The notes under the pieces: generated by a model | The model's input: only the letters and a program-made list of their open reading frames with translations | Database searches by the model: none | What the model was told of the DNA's origin: nothing | In this document: positions 9,842 to 20,529 of the stretch, in pieces | How positions within the stretch are numbered: position 1 is the first letter of the stretch | How the letters are laid out: every line of letters starts with the position of its first letter | Assembly: GCA_965267575.1 (NCBI GenBank) | Contig: OZ254086.1 | Coordinates: forward strand, 3,008,001-3,072,000 | Direction: 5' to 3' | Origin: Calditrichales bacterium | Lineage (GTDB): Bacteria; Calditrichota; Calditrichia; Calditrichales; J004 | DNA: 64,000 nucleotides | Position numbers and translations under genes: made by a program

Positions 9842-12594
9842 GATTGCACCTCCTGTTCTTGCGGGACCTGGCTGGGAAGACTAAAAATGAACAGCGCGCC
9901 TTCCCCCGGCTTGCTTTCCACCCAAATTTTTCCCCCATGTGCTTCCACAATTTGGCGCGTTATTGAAAGCCCAAGCCCGCTGCCGGCGTGCCGCTGCTCT
10001 TTGGCGGCAGATTTGGCCTGCCTGAATTTGTCGAAAATTATATTTTGGTCATCTTTGTCAATGCCAATTCCGTTGTCCTTTACCGAAACGCGAACGTGTT
10101 CGTTTTCGCGCTTTACGGTTACGATAACCTGGCCCATTTCCTCGTCGCAAAACTTGAGGGCATTGGAAAGAAGGTTGAGCATTACCTGCATCAGGCGATC
10201 ATGGTCTCCTCTTATGAAAATGCTGTCTTTATCGCAATTCATGTCCAGCACAACCCGTTTTTCTTCAAATACTTTATGAATGGCGGCTACAGCCTCATTT
10301 ACAAGCGCGCACATATCCAGTGTTTTATACTGCCATTCCATTTCGTGAGATTCGATTTTTTGAATATCAAGTATTTGGCTGATCAGTCTCGTAAGACGTT
10401 CAGTCTCGCTGATAATAATGCCGAGGAAATTCTTGCGTTGAGCTGCGTCAATGTCGGGATTGTCGTAGAGTATTTCTGAGAAAGCTCGCACGGAGGTGAG
10501 AGGTGTGCGCAATTCATGGGTTATTGTAGAGATGAAATCATCCTTAAATTGATCCATTTTTTTTAACTGTTCGTTAGCGTTACGCAGCTGCCTCGTCGCT
10601 TCCTGCAGTTGCAGCGATTTTCTTTCCAGTTCCCGGCTGTAGGCAACGATTTGTTGTGTCTCATCCAGGATGTGCATTACCTCATCCAGTGAAACAGGTT
10701 TTTCCTTTACCAGCGCGGAGACCATGACCCGGGCCGAGGCCGAGCCGATCACACCGGAAAGTCTTTTTTCCACAAGATTGATCAGGTCGGGTCCTGCCGT
10801 ATAGGTTGTTTCAATATTTACATTGCTTTTTTTTGCATAGGCGCGGAAAAGCCGGTCGGTTTTTCTTTCTCCAATAAAACGGCGCAGCAGCAGGCGCAGG
10901 TCAGCGACAGATGCCGTGCCTCTGCCTAATGAACGGTGTTCCAGTTCCGGCGAGTATTTGTTTATGTCCACGAAGAGAGTTGCCTGGCTATGCTCAATAG
11001 CCGTCGGTTTCGCGAAAATCGAAACGATGATGTACAAGCCGCTGTTGAACAACAGGCTCCAGAAGAGAGCATGCATAATTTCGTCCAGCCCGCTGAGGCC
11101 GAATAGTGCAGTAGGCCTTAACATCTCAATGCCAAAAAGGCCCCTTTCCAGCAATGATTGCGGCAAAAGCTCGGCTGAAACAAGGGAAGGGACCGTAAGC
11201 GTGTAGGCCCACAGCAAAAAACCGGCGATTAAACCGCTCATGGCGCCGGCACGGGTACCGCCTTTCCAGAACATGCCACCCAGGAAACTCGGCGCGAACT
11301 GGGCTACGGCTGTAAAGGAAATCAAACCAATGCTTACCAGCGTATAGTGCGATCCGATAAGTTTGTAGTAAAAGTAGCCCATCAGCAGGATAAGAATAAT
11401 GGCCCCGCGACGTATAAGAAGCAGGATCCCGCGCAGATCCTGTTCTTTATTGAAGTTGAGGAATTTCGAGCGCAGCAGTAGAGGCATCATCATATCGTTA
11501 CTAACCATAATGCTGAGTGCGATAGCCGCCACGATAACCATGCCGGTTGCCGCAGACAGGCCGCCAAGAAAAACAACCAGCGCAATGCCTGTTTGTCCCA
11601 CTGCCAACGGAAGAGTAAGGACAAACGTATCGGCATCCACAGCGGCATCCTGAAAATGAATAACACCACCCAGCGCGATCGGTAATACGAAAATATTAAT
11701 CACCAGCAGATAAAGCGGAAACAGCCAGATCGCGTTGCGCAAATGATCTTCGTCTACGTTTTCAACTACGGCAAGCTGAAACTGCCGTGGAAGAAAGAGT
11801 ATGGCCAGCATGGACAAAAACATCAATCCGAACCACGCTCCTCTTTCCGTTGCGGCGTTTTCAGTGAACATGGCGGAAATACGCGGATCGGAAAGAGCGC
11901 GGTCAAAAATATCCCTGAAACCGTCAAACAGACCGTATGTTACAAAAAACCCAACCAGCAAAAAGGCCAGTAGTTTAATAAGAGATTCAAAAGCAATAGC
12001 GGCTACCAGGCCTTCATGACGCTCCGTAACATCAATATGCCGTGTCCCGAAAAAGATCGCAAAAACCGCGAGTATAAGCGTAACATACAAGGCAGTATCC
12101 TGAATGATAGGAATGTCTTCCGGCTGCGTATAGGCCAGCATGTCGGGATAGTGGCTAATTATCATATAGCTGGAAGAGATTGCCTTAAGCTGCAGCGAAA
12201 TATAAGGCACGATGCCCATGACGGCGATTATCGTGACAGCCCCACCCAGAACAACACTCTTTCCGTAACGTGATGAGATGAAGTCCGCAATAGAGGTGAT
12301 ATGATGTGTCTTGCTTATGCGGATCATTTTTCGCAGTATAACCCACCAAAGTGGAGCCAATAACGTGGGACCAAGATAGATTGGCAGGAAATCGAGTCCG
12401 CTGCTTGCCGCGCGGCCAACGCTGCCGTAAAAGGTCCAGGCAGAGCAATAAACCGCTAGTGAAAGCGCGTAAAAGTAGGGATTACTGATTATGCTTTTCT
12501 TTTCATCGGCACGTTTATCTCCGTACCATGCAATCAAAAACAGAAAGCCGATATATACAAAAGAGATTAACAGTATTAGCCAGTTTGAAAGCAT
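9838..12594 (-). CDS. SLC5/SSS-fused sensor histidine kinase (CrbS/CbrA-like)
   Basis: N-terminal SSS domain (SLAVYCSAWTFYGSVG), STAC-like linker, H-box HELRTPL, N/G boxes; start MLSNW at 12594. Confidence 0.92.
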   Translation of the reverse strand: MLSNWLILLISFVYIGFLFLIAWYGDKRADEKKSIISNPYFYALSLAVYCSAWTFYGSVGRAASSGLDFLPIYLGPTLLAPLWWVILRKMIRISKTHHITSIADFISSRYGKSVVLGGAVTIIAVMGIVPYISLQLKAISSSYMIISHYPDMLAYTQPEDIPIIQDTALYVTLILAVFAIFFGTRHIDVTERHEGLVAAIAFESLIKLLAFLLVGFFVTYGLFDGFRDIFDRALSDPRISAMFTENAATERGAWFGLMFLSMLAILFLPRQFQLAVVENVDEDHLRNAIWLFPLYLLVINIFVLPIALGGVIHFQDAAVDADTFVLTLPLAVGQTGIALVVFLGGLSAATGMVIVAAIALSIMVSNDMMMPLLLRSKFLNFNKEQDLRGILLLIRRGAIILILLMGYFYYKLIGSHYTLVSIGLISFTAVAQFAPSFLGGMFWKGGTRAGAMSGLIAGFLLWAYTLTVPSLVSAELLPQSLLERGLFGIEMLRPTALFGLSGLDEIMHALFWSLLFNSGLYIIVSIFAKPTAIEHSQATLFVDINKYSPELEHRSLGRGTASVADLRLLLRRFIGERKTDRLFRAYAKKSNVNIETTYTAGPDLINLVEKRLSGVIGSASARVMVSALVKEKPVSLDEVMHILDETQQIVAYSRELERKSLQLQEATRQLRNANEQLKKMDQFKDDFISTITHELRTPLTSVRAFSEILYDNPDIDAAQRKNFLGIIISETERLTRLISQILDIQKIESHEMEWQYKTLDMCALVNEAVAAIHKVFEEKRVVLDMNCDKDSIFIRGDHDRLMQVMLNLLSNALKFCDEEMGQVIVTVKRENEHVRVSVKDNGIGIDKDDQNIIFDKFRQAKSAAKEQRHAGSGLGLSITRQIVEAHGGKIWVESKPGEGALFIFSLPSQVPQEQEVQS

Positions 12595-12812
12595 CAGTGA
12601 TTCTTTGTTTTGGATTTGAAAAAGACAATTGTAATTATAGCTGAAAACGCAATCAAAACAGCCCAAACCAGAAACAGGTAGAACAAAAGAGCGGGCATAC
12701 CTAAAATGATCACCTCTTCGTTAAAAATACCTGCAAGGGGTTGATTAAACAGTAAAAAGCCCAAAATAAAAACGGCGATTAAAAGCTGGCGAAGCTTGGC
12801 GGAAGATTTCAT
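12594..12812 (-). CDS. Small two-TM protein coupled to the SSS kinase
   Basis: 72 aa, LFNQP...ILGMPALLFYLFLVW; 1-bp overlap with kinase start. Confidence 0.75.
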   Translation of the reverse strand: MKSSAKLRQLLIAVFILGFLLFNQPLAGIFNEEVIILGMPALLFYLFLVWAVLIAFSAIITIVFFKSKTKNH

Positions 12813-13026
12813 TTTAAGACAGGCCTGTTAAGGTGGAAAGAATATTAAAAATATAGCCGTCACCGCCCGATTGCGCAAGGCTTTTTACCGGCTGAATCGG
12901 ATTTAAATATGCTTGCCTGCGTAGAAAGATACGTTGTCACAAATGATTATTTTTTTAGCGCTTGCGCCAGATGTCGACGGAACATTTATCTTTTCCCTTG
13001 CACAACAAAATATTTTTTGATTGCCT

Positions 13027-14358
13027 TTAAGGCCTGTCGGCAATAGATCTGAACCAAGCGGCCATCATTTCAACGTAACCGGGTGCGGCGCGCGGCCAGT
13101 CCTTTTCCCGCAGGCTTTCTTGCGAAATGCCGTGGCCCGCGGCGGGAAAAACGTGGAGCTTGTATTGATTGTTGCCTGCAAAATTGAGGCCGGCGGCGAT
13201 AACATCGCGGCTATATCCTGCTGGCAGGTTTCCATCTTCAGCGCCCCAGATTCCCAGCACCGGCACATTGATTTCACGCCACCAGGCCGGCGGATCTACA
13301 AACATGGTTGCCCAATCCGCCACATTGATCTGTTCGTAAATCTCGCCTTCCCCGCTAAACATTAAGCGTCTGAATACCGGACTTTGTGCCCAGTTTGCTT
13401 TCGGAGCGTTGATAAGGGAAACGGCATGGGCGCGTTGCTCCGCAGAGCCGGTGCGGTAGAATTCATACAGGGCGCGCAAGCCTTTCTTTGCCTGCTCAAT
13501 TTCCGACGCGGAAAACCCGGAATGTTGCAGCCGCGTGATCATGGAAAAGACGTTTTGCTCGGCCGGGGAGAGACCTGCCGCGGAGACTACAAACACAAAC
13601 GCCACATCTCTCTCTTCGGCAGCTACTTTTGGCGCCACCCAGCCACCCTGACTGATGCCGCCGATGCCCGTTTTAGCGCTGTCGATGCGGGGGTCTTTGC
13701 GCAGGTAACGGAACATGGTCCGCGCGTCTGCGGCCAGACGTTCAATCTTATATGCACCATCCCCCGTTGACGCGCCGGCGCCACGCTTGTCATATACCAA
13801 AACGGCCAGGCCATTTAAAGCCGCCAGGTTGGCCTTGCTGATGTAGGGGGCGGTATCACGCGTATCCGGCCCGGAACCGTGGGTTAAAACCATGGCAGGA
13901 TAGGGTGGATCGCCTACAGGAAAAATCACCTCTCCCGCCAGAGTTGCTCCATCATCTGCCGTAAGTTCAAACGGGTCACTACGCAATTCCGTGGCTGTTT
14001 CAGATGTCTGATAAAGCTGTGCTTTAGCCGGCCCGTCTTTAAAGTGCCAACTACCTTCGAGATAATCACCAAAAATTCTTCCTTCAAATCGGCTTGTTAA
14101 CCATTTCGTACGGAAACTTATCGTTTGGTCTCCAAAAGCAACACTATCCGTTTCCAGCAAAAACATGGCCCAATCCGGGACGGAAACTTTCACGATATGC
14201 TTTTCGCCATATTGCGATATGTGCAGCTTCACATTCCAGTAAAATCCGTCGCGCTTGATCTCACCATGCCAGTTGCCGTTCAGATTGGAGGCATTAAGGC
14301 TGGAGTAAGTAGCAATAAAGATAAAAAGTGTAATGATCACAGCTCTGCTAATAAGCAT
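13027..14358 (-). CDS. Secreted alpha/beta hydrolase
   Basis: Signal peptide, HGSG, YDKRGAG, GISQGG nucleophile elbow, C-terminal His. Confidence 0.88.
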   Translation of the reverse strand: MLISRAVIITLFIFIATYSSLNASNLNGNWHGEIKRDGFYWNVKLHISQYGEKHIVKVSVPDWAMFLLETDSVAFGDQTISFRTKWLTSRFEGRIFGDYLEGSWHFKDGPAKAQLYQTSETATELRSDPFELTADDGATLAGEVIFPVGDPPYPAMVLTHGSGPDTRDTAPYISKANLAALNGLAVLVYDKRGAGASTGDGAYKIERLAADARTMFRYLRKDPRIDSAKTGIGGISQGGWVAPKVAAEERDVAFVFVVSAAGLSPAEQNVFSMITRLQHSGFSASEIEQAKKGLRALYEFYRTGSAEQRAHAVSLINAPKANWAQSPVFRRLMFSGEGEIYEQINVADWATMFVDPPAWWREINVPVLGIWGAEDGNLPAGYSRDVIAAGLNFAGNNQYKLHVFPAAGHGISQESLREKDWPRAAPGYVEMMAAWFRSIADRP

Positions 14359-14542
14359 CCGGTCCTCCTGGCTTTGTTCTCTTTACACAACTTATAATAT
14401 ATACAAGAAAATACAGATTGTTGCCTGAATTGCTGGCAGGCTTTAAAAATAAAATGCCGCCCATGTTTATGAACGGCATAGTCAAGTTTAATTAAGGCTG
14501 ACAAATTTAGCAGCTTGGTTTACGCAGTCGGTGAACCCTCAA

Positions 14543-15241
14543 CTAAAAATAAAGTGAAAGCCCAATCAATACGTTCGTATCACCGAAAATAATGCCTTTT
14601 TGGGTGCGACTGAATTTATCCACATAATCATCCTGATCTTCTATTACCCGTATTCTTGTGGATTTGTCCTTATCATAGAGGTAATAAATTCTAAAACCAT
14701 ATTCCGCGTGCAGGCTCATATTGTGCCTGAAAAACCATTCCAGGCCATAATTGAGTGTAAGACCAATTTGATAGCTGATATTTTCACTATCCTGTGTATA
14801 AGAAATGCCGCTACCCCCAACAGTGACTCTTTCCGTATCTGATTCCCCAATGTTTGCAGCCAGGCGCGGACCCACACCAAAAAACATTTTTAAGTCGTCA
14901 GCAGGATTAAAATAGTGCAGGTATTCAGCAGTAATCCCTAAAGAAATAAGATCCCTGTTTTGTTCATGGTCCAGGCTTAATGTATCAGAGCGGAAGTATT
15001 TATTATCCTCAACCACGTTAAGATTATTTCCTCTTGCGCTAATGCCAATGCGGTAGGCCGTTTTATCGGACGTGTGGTATTTGTAGGAAATCAACCCGCC
15101 TTTGAATGAATTAAATTCAAACAGGCCCCTTACGCCCAACTGCAGCGCATGGTCTTTAAAGACCCTTATACTATCCGTTTGCGCGGTAGCGGTTGAAACG
15201 AAAAATCCGAGCATTGCCAATATGAACAATCGTGACAACAT
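14543..15241 (-). CDS. Outer-membrane beta-barrel protein
   Basis: Signal peptide, amphipathic strands, C-terminal GLSLYF. Confidence 0.72.
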   Translation of the reverse strand: MLSRLFILAMLGFFVSTATAQTDSIRVFKDHALQLGVRGLFEFNSFKGGLISYKYHTSDKTAYRIGISARGNNLNVVEDNKYFRSDTLSLDHEQNRDLISLGITAEYLHYFNPADDLKMFFGVGPRLAANIGESDTERVTVGGSGISYTQDSENISYQIGLTLNYGLEWFFRHNMSLHAEYGFRIYYLYDKDKSTRIRVIEDQDDYVDKFSRTQKGIIFGDTNVLIGLSLYF

Positions 15242-15264
15242 GATATTTTCCCCTATTTATTAGT

Positions 15265-16113
15265 TTAAAGGTTGTATTGTTTAGCCCATCCGAGAAAACC
15301 ACGGGCTATTTTCTCCATCTCATCCAGATAATGAGTCGGGCTTTCGGCAGGCCAATTATGGTCGTGCATTTCCTTTAATAGATTTTTTTCGTGTCTCTGA
15401 TATGTCTCATGCACCTGCTGCAAAAACACCACCTGGTACCAGGCGTAATTGGCGATGCCCACCCTGGTATAAAGCCTCTCAAAGTCGGCAAGGCTTGTAT
15501 GGCGGGGTTCGATTACATCAAGTAGAGCGGAGCCTGCATCCAGCCAAAGTGCATTGTATTCGGGCTTGTTTTCCTTCAGATAGTAATAAGCCATATAGGT
15601 GGCAACGAATTCAAAGGTCCACTTGTTTGGAAAGCTGATGCCGTATGCCCGCGCGTAAACATGGCCCAGCTCATGAAAGCCGATTAACGCTACAAAAAGC
15701 TCGCTGATTGCCTTATTGCTCAGTCCGTATTTTTTGTCAAAACCTTTGTTCTTTATGGCAGATAAAATGATGCGCGCCAGCTCATGGTTCGGTGTGGCGG
15801 GAATAAAGACTACATTGGGAGGCCCCGAAACAAAGGGCAGACCATAGGGGATTGGAGTCACGTTTTGCCAATCCTGCTCGTCAAGTATTGCTAATTGAAA
15901 ATCTTCCTTAACGCCGAGGTGTTCTTCAAAAAACGCGCCTGCCGGAGCCAACAAGTCCTGTACTTCACGGGCGCGCTGTTCAAAGCTTTTTGAATAATTG
16001 GTCGTGACGGATCCGCTCAACTGTGGCAGGTTGAGTGCTTCAACTTTCTCTTTCGCGGTTTGGCTTAACAACGGCAAGGCAAAAATCATCAGGATCAGAA
16101 TAAGGATTTTCAC
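15265..16113 (-). CDS. Secreted hypothetical protein with HExxH motif (zincin-like)
   Basis: Signal peptide, GFHELGHVY and downstream WTFEFVA. Confidence 0.65.
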   Translation of the reverse strand: MKILILILMIFALPLLSQTAKEKVEALNLPQLSGSVTTNYSKSFEQRAREVQDLLAPAGAFFEEHLGVKEDFQLAILDEQDWQNVTPIPYGLPFVSGPPNVVFIPATPNHELARIILSAIKNKGFDKKYGLSNKAISELFVALIGFHELGHVYARAYGISFPNKWTFEFVATYMAYYYLKENKPEYNALWLDAGSALLDVIEPRHTSLADFERLYTRVGIANYAWYQVVFLQQVHETYQRHEKNLLKEMHDHNWPAESPTHYLDEMEKIARGFLGWAKQYNL

Positions 16114-16219
16114 TATGATCTCACTAAGATTAGATTAACGCGGGGTGTCGATTTTCTAAACTACTGAAATCTACCTGCCTGATATTTAAGATTCAACTAA
16201 TTTTAAAGGCGTTAAAAAG

Positions 16220-16654
16220 CTATTTTTCCAACAACTTTTTAAGATTCCTGAATTCTTCCTGGGTTACTTTTTTGGAAGCCATATGCATCATCGGTTGCAG
16301 GGCCCTCCAGAAGCCTTTTGGCGCAAGCGTGCTGGACATGCGTATGGATGTGGCGTTTTCGCCATCAGCGGTAAAGTCATATTCATAATTGAAGCGGGCG
16401 ATGCCGTTTTCCCCTTCATAATAGAGGCGCTCGTTGGGCGTGAAGTCTACGATTCTGAAGCTGCCAGTGGTTTTAATGGGCCCCGGCTTTGTACTGAAGC
16501 TGTATTCGGCACCCGGACCCGGCCCGCTGCCTTTTGTCTGCTGCACCTCAATAACGGGCGGGCACCACCTGGGGTCGTTTCGGCTGTCTGCAACGAATTC
16601 AAATACTTCTTTTAGCGGTCGTTCGATGCGGATTTGGTGATTGATTGTAAACAC
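16220..16654 (-). CDS. SRPBCC family protein
   Basis: IERPLKEVFEFVAD...PRW; C-terminal NLKKLLE helix. Confidence 0.85.
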   Translation of the reverse strand: MFTINHQIRIERPLKEVFEFVADSRNDPRWCPPVIEVQQTKGSGPGPGAEYSFSTKPGPIKTTGSFRIVDFTPNERLYYEGENGIARFNYEYDFTADGENATSIRMSSTLAPKGFWRALQPMMHMASKKVTQEEFRNLKKLLEK

Positions 16655-16740
16655 TTTTAACCTCCTATCCGTTGTTCAAACAACCAAGATAAAAAACCCG
16701 ATTGCAATATCAAGGCGGAGGAAGATTGTTTATGGAAGAA

Positions 16741-17145
16741 TCAGCGCGCCTCACTGATCTCAAATAAGTGACCGTCCGGGTCGCGGAAGAAGCAGCGGAT
16801 TTCGCCGCCCCAGTCCACGGGTGGGGTAAGGAATTGTGCGCCGCGTTCGCTGAGGATGTTATAAGCCTTTTTGCAGTCCGGTACGCGGATGGTCATCGCG
16901 TGGTGTACGGTAAGCGGATCTTGCGGCACATCGAAAGTGACATTGGGCTTGTCGCGGGTTGGGCCGCCGCCGGTCACCAGCAGAATCCAGCTTTTTAAAA
17001 AACTAAGCACGCAGGATGTGCCGCCGTATTCGCGGTAAACTTCGGCACCCAATATTCTTTCATAAAAGTCTTTCGATTTTGACATATCGCTGACGACAAG
17101 GATATGCGTAATCGCCATGTCTCCTGTGGGGAATTGGTCCTTCAT
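16741..17145 (-). CDS. VOC/glyoxalase family protein
   Basis: HILVVSD...FYERILG; CFFRDPDGHLFEI. Confidence 0.9.
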   Translation of the reverse strand: MKDQFPTGDMAITHILVVSDMSKSKDFYERILGAEVYREYGGTSCVLSFLKSWILLVTGGGPTRDKPNVTFDVPQDPLTVHHAMTIRVPDCKKAYNILSERGAQFLTPPVDWGGEIRCFFRDPDGHLFEISEAR

Positions 17146-17156
17146 GAGTGCTCCTT

Positions 17157-17969
17157 TTAATTTGATGCCCTGGCTTCGCCCTGCAGCCTTCTGTTTACTT
17201 CCAGTATCAGGCTGGCCACCAGGCGCGAACGTTCCACGGTGCCGGTAAAACGGCCGTCACTGTCCACCACCGGCAGATTGTCCACGCGCAGGCTATCCAT
17301 TTTATTTAACACTTCCAGTTTGGAAACGTTTTTGTGTACGGCTTTGTCCGCCGGGATAAAACCCGGCAGGGCGGCCAATTCAGTGCGTGCTTCCTGCGAT
17401 CCGCTGTTAAGCCACCTTGCAAAACTATTAAACGGATCGCGTGATTCGTCGCGGAAAAATATGGCGATGTCCAGCGCGTGATAAATGCCAAACAGGCGGC
17501 GGTCCTGGTCCAGGATAATAAGGTGTTCAAGGTAAGAGCTGGCGTAAAGCGCATCGAAGTATTTTTTTATTGCCGGGCCATAATAGCGTCCATAACCGAG
17601 CGTCAATTCAAGGGCTTCTGTTTTATTTCTCAACAAGTCGGGAATTTTATCCACGCCTTCTTTACGGTGGATTTCCGGCTGTTCGACAAGCTCGTTTAAA
17701 CCGGGTGAAGCAACAGCCAGGATATCGGTTTTGATTTCCGCGCCGGCGGCATCGGCAAACAACGCAGAGAAATCGGCCTTCACGCCGAACGCGTCCAGCA
17801 CCTGCAATTTCCCGCTTGCCAGTAAAACAATCAGCAACGGTAAAACAATCAACACCAGGTCGATCGTCTTCAGCTCAAATTTGTCTCCGTAGCGTGCCCG
17901 GACATATACCGCCGCAATCAGCAGTGCCAGTCCCAGGCCCAACAGGCCAATCACCTGCCATTTTTCCAT
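17157..17969 (-). CDS. Membrane-anchored CBS-domain protein
   Basis: Two N-terminal TMs; C-terminal CBS motif LPVVDSDGRFTGTV. Confidence 0.7.
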   Translation of the reverse strand: MEKWQVIGLLGLGLALLIAAVYVRARYGDKFELKTIDLVLIVLPLLIVLLASGKLQVLDAFGVKADFSALFADAAGAEIKTDILAVASPGLNELVEQPEIHRKEGVDKIPDLLRNKTEALELTLGYGRYYGPAIKKYFDALYASSYLEHLIILDQDRRLFGIYHALDIAIFFRDESRDPFNSFARWLNSGSQEARTELAALPGFIPADKAVHKNVSKLEVLNKMDSLRVDNLPVVDSDGRFTGTVERSRLVASLILEVNRRLQGEARASN

Positions 17970-18029
17970 TGTCGTCTCTCCTGTAAGTTTTAAGTCAGCC
18001 TGTCCGCCCGGGACCGGATGCCTGTTGTG

Positions 18030-19196
18030 CTAGTTCAGAACGCGTGCCAGACGGTTGGGTGGCAGAAGCGGCAGGGCAAAACGCGCCACTACACCGCCAT
18101 GGTCCGAAGGCCATAAACCCGACGCCGTGCGGTTAAACGGTTCATCGCCAACCACGATTGCCATTACCGGCCCGGCCAGCGGCACATCGCCTTTAACATA
18201 AATGTGATCAATACGCTCGGTGAAATTGGCCACCGGGTTGCGCAGACCGGCATCATGGCCAAAAGTGTTTCCATCCGGATTATCCTGCAATTTGTTTTGC
18301 GTCCATAAATCCGTGTAGCCCGCGGAGAGGATAGCGTTATAAGTAGGGCCTTGTGGCGCGGGAGAATTGAAATCGCCCAGCATAACAATCGGCAGGGTTT
18401 CACTGCTCAAATCTGTCAGCAATTCGGAAATCTGGGCCAGCCGTATTTCGGTGGCAAAGGCTTCCAGGTGCGTGTTTACAAAACGGTATGTGTGCGGACC
18501 CACGGTGGCGTCAACGGCGCAATAACCGCGCAATATCTCCGTGTTCAGGTCGGGGATGACCAGGTTGACCGCGAAATTCTTTGCCGTCACATCGGACACC
18601 TCAACATGTCCGCGTGCCAGGATAACGTCAAAGTCGGTCACGCGGATATCATCAAACGTGAGCGGGTCCACGCCTGTGACCATCGGCAGTTCCACGTCGG
18701 CATTTTCCACCAACGCGGCCACTTTATAATCCAGGCCGTATGCCTGCAGTGTGGCAACCAGCACATCCAGGTAGTTGATCAGCGTATCCACGGCCGGTTG
18801 CGTCCCGCCGACCACCGCGTCACCGGGAGATTGCAGACGCAGCAGCGTGACTTCCTGCAACCCGATAAGGTCCGGTTTGGTCAATGCAATCTCGTTGGCC
18901 AGTGAAATGGCGCGCTCAGGAAAGTTTGTGGCGATAAGCTGCTGGAAGGCCTGCGCTGTTAACAAGGGAATGTCTTCGGGGTTTTCCGCGGAAAGCACCT
19001 TATCAACATCGGCGCCAATGTAAATATTACGCGTCATCACCCTCAGTGCGGGCCCGCCTTTAGCCAAAGCCTGGAAATTTTGCAGATCGCTTTGCGCGTC
19101 CAACTGCTGCAGCGGCGTGCTTGTAGGCGCTTCTGTTTCACAGCCGGTGAACAAAAAAAGCAGGGATATTACAAAAGAAACGGAGAGGAGCTTCAT
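18030..19196 (-). CDS. Endonuclease/exonuclease/phosphatase (EEP) family lipoprotein
   Basis: Lipobox FTGC; VMTRN, LQEV, NTHL, GDFN, IDHI, SDH motifs. Confidence 0.88.
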   Translation of the reverse strand: MKLLSVSFVISLLFLFTGCETEAPTSTPLQQLDAQSDLQNFQALAKGGPALRVMTRNIYIGADVDKVLSAENPEDIPLLTAQAFQQLIATNFPERAISLANEIALTKPDLIGLQEVTLLRLQSPGDAVVGGTQPAVDTLINYLDVLVATLQAYGLDYKVAALVENADVELPMVTGVDPLTFDDIRVTDFDVILARGHVEVSDVTAKNFAVNLVIPDLNTEILRGYCAVDATVGPHTYRFVNTHLEAFATEIRLAQISELLTDLSSETLPIVMLGDFNSPAPQGPTYNAILSAGYTDLWTQNKLQDNPDGNTFGHDAGLRNPVANFTERIDHIYVKGDVPLAGPVMAIVVGDEPFNRTASGLWPSDHGGVVARFALPLLPPNRLARVLN

Positions 19197-19423
19197 AGAT
19201 ACCTCCACGGCTTAAGGTTAAAGGTCATCTCTGACCGGGGTAGTTTTAGAATAGTGAAAGGACAGCCCAAATATAGTGTTCACCGTTGGGTAAGACAAAA
19301 ACGAAAAAATATTGACTGAACAGGCTAGTCTGCGGCCTGATAGGTCTAAATACACGCGATGGTTTGAAACTTTCCGGACTTTATACGAGGCCTCAAGAAA
19401 CCAATGGAGACGGCTTTTCGGAT

Positions 19424-19990
19424 TTAGTGGTTATCATTTTCTGCTTTTCTCTGCCATACAAACTCAAACGTTTGCGGCCAGTAGCCCTCAGGATCAGTCT
19501 GATAATGGTTGAATTCGCGGCCATAAATAGTGTTGCCGTCTTCCGATATTCGCCATTCAACACGTTCTTGTGCCGGAACCCCATCGCGGCCGGTGAATGT
19601 GTCATATCCTTTAAAAAGCCGCTTTAGTGAATCGTAATGTAAAGCATATTGCACTTTACCCGGCCAGTTGTCGTAAAGAAACAAAATTTGGAAGCTGTCC
19701 CGGCGTGCGTCGTAATTCCAGAAAATGATCAGGTCGCGGCTTTTGCCGTCCGGCTGTGTCCACGTGCTTCGGAATTCAGCGTATGTTCCTTTTAGAGTTT
19801 TAGAGCAGGTCGCTTCCACGCTTTCCCTGCGCGGTTCCCGGTCATCAAGCCTGGGAAACCATGCTGTGGCTGTTCCCTGCCATTCACCGACAAATACATC
19901 CAGTATCGCCGCAGGATCGGCTTTAGATTCACTTCCTCCGGCAAAGACAAAGCCGGTAGAGATTAAAATAAGCAGACATATCGAACGCAT
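19424..19990 (-). CDS. Secreted beta-rich hypothetical protein (DUF1579-like)
   Basis: Signal peptide, LDVFVGEWQG motif. Confidence 0.6.
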   Translation of the reverse strand: MRSICLLILISTGFVFAGGSESKADPAAILDVFVGEWQGTATAWFPRLDDREPRRESVEATCSKTLKGTYAEFRSTWTQPDGKSRDLIIFWNYDARRDSFQILFLYDNWPGKVQYALHYDSLKRLFKGYDTFTGRDGVPAQERVEWRISEDGNTIYGREFNHYQTDPEGYWPQTFEFVWQRKAENDNH

Positions 19991-20067
19991 AAGATGCTCC
20001 TGTTTATAGACGACGTTAATCTCTACGGGACAAGTGCCTCAATGATGCAACGATCACGGTAGCCGAT

Positions 20068-20529
20068 TTAGCTTTCCAGCGCAATCCGGCGGCCATCCTG
20101 TAAAACAACGGCCCCCGTTTCCAGAAGTTGGCGCAATTTTTCCAGGTTTTCTGCCACCGCCGATTGGATCTTTTTACGGAACAGCTTTTCCAGCAGGACC
20201 GGCTTTCCGGTTTCAAGTTTCCAGGTGTCGGTTAAAACCGTTTTGTTATCTTTAAAACTTAAACTGAAATGTCTTTCAAAAGCGGGCTTGCTTTCCGCAA
20301 CGGTTTTTATGGCTATCGATTCAGCCGCTTTTAATTCACAGACCACAAACTCCTGCCGGTCGTTTTTCCGTACCTGCAGGTAACGGGCGTTCAGGCCGGT
20401 TTGTGTTGAGATTCTTTCCACGGAGCGCACGTAGTAATTCCACATGGGGATATTTTCAAAATCGGCAAGGAAAGCAAAAACCACCTCCGGCGATTTATGA
20501 ATAAGTAATCTGTTCTCAAATTCAATCAT
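20068..20529 (-). CDS. SRPBCC family protein
   Basis: SPEVVFAFLADFENIPMW; NLEKLRQLLE. Confidence 0.85.
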   Translation of the reverse strand: MIEFENRLLIHKSPEVVFAFLADFENIPMWNYYVRSVERISTQTGLNARYLQVRKNDRQEFVVCELKAAESIAIKTVAESKPAFERHFSLSFKDNKTVLTDTWKLETGKPVLLEKLFRKKIQSAVAENLEKLRQLLETGAVVLQDGRRIALES

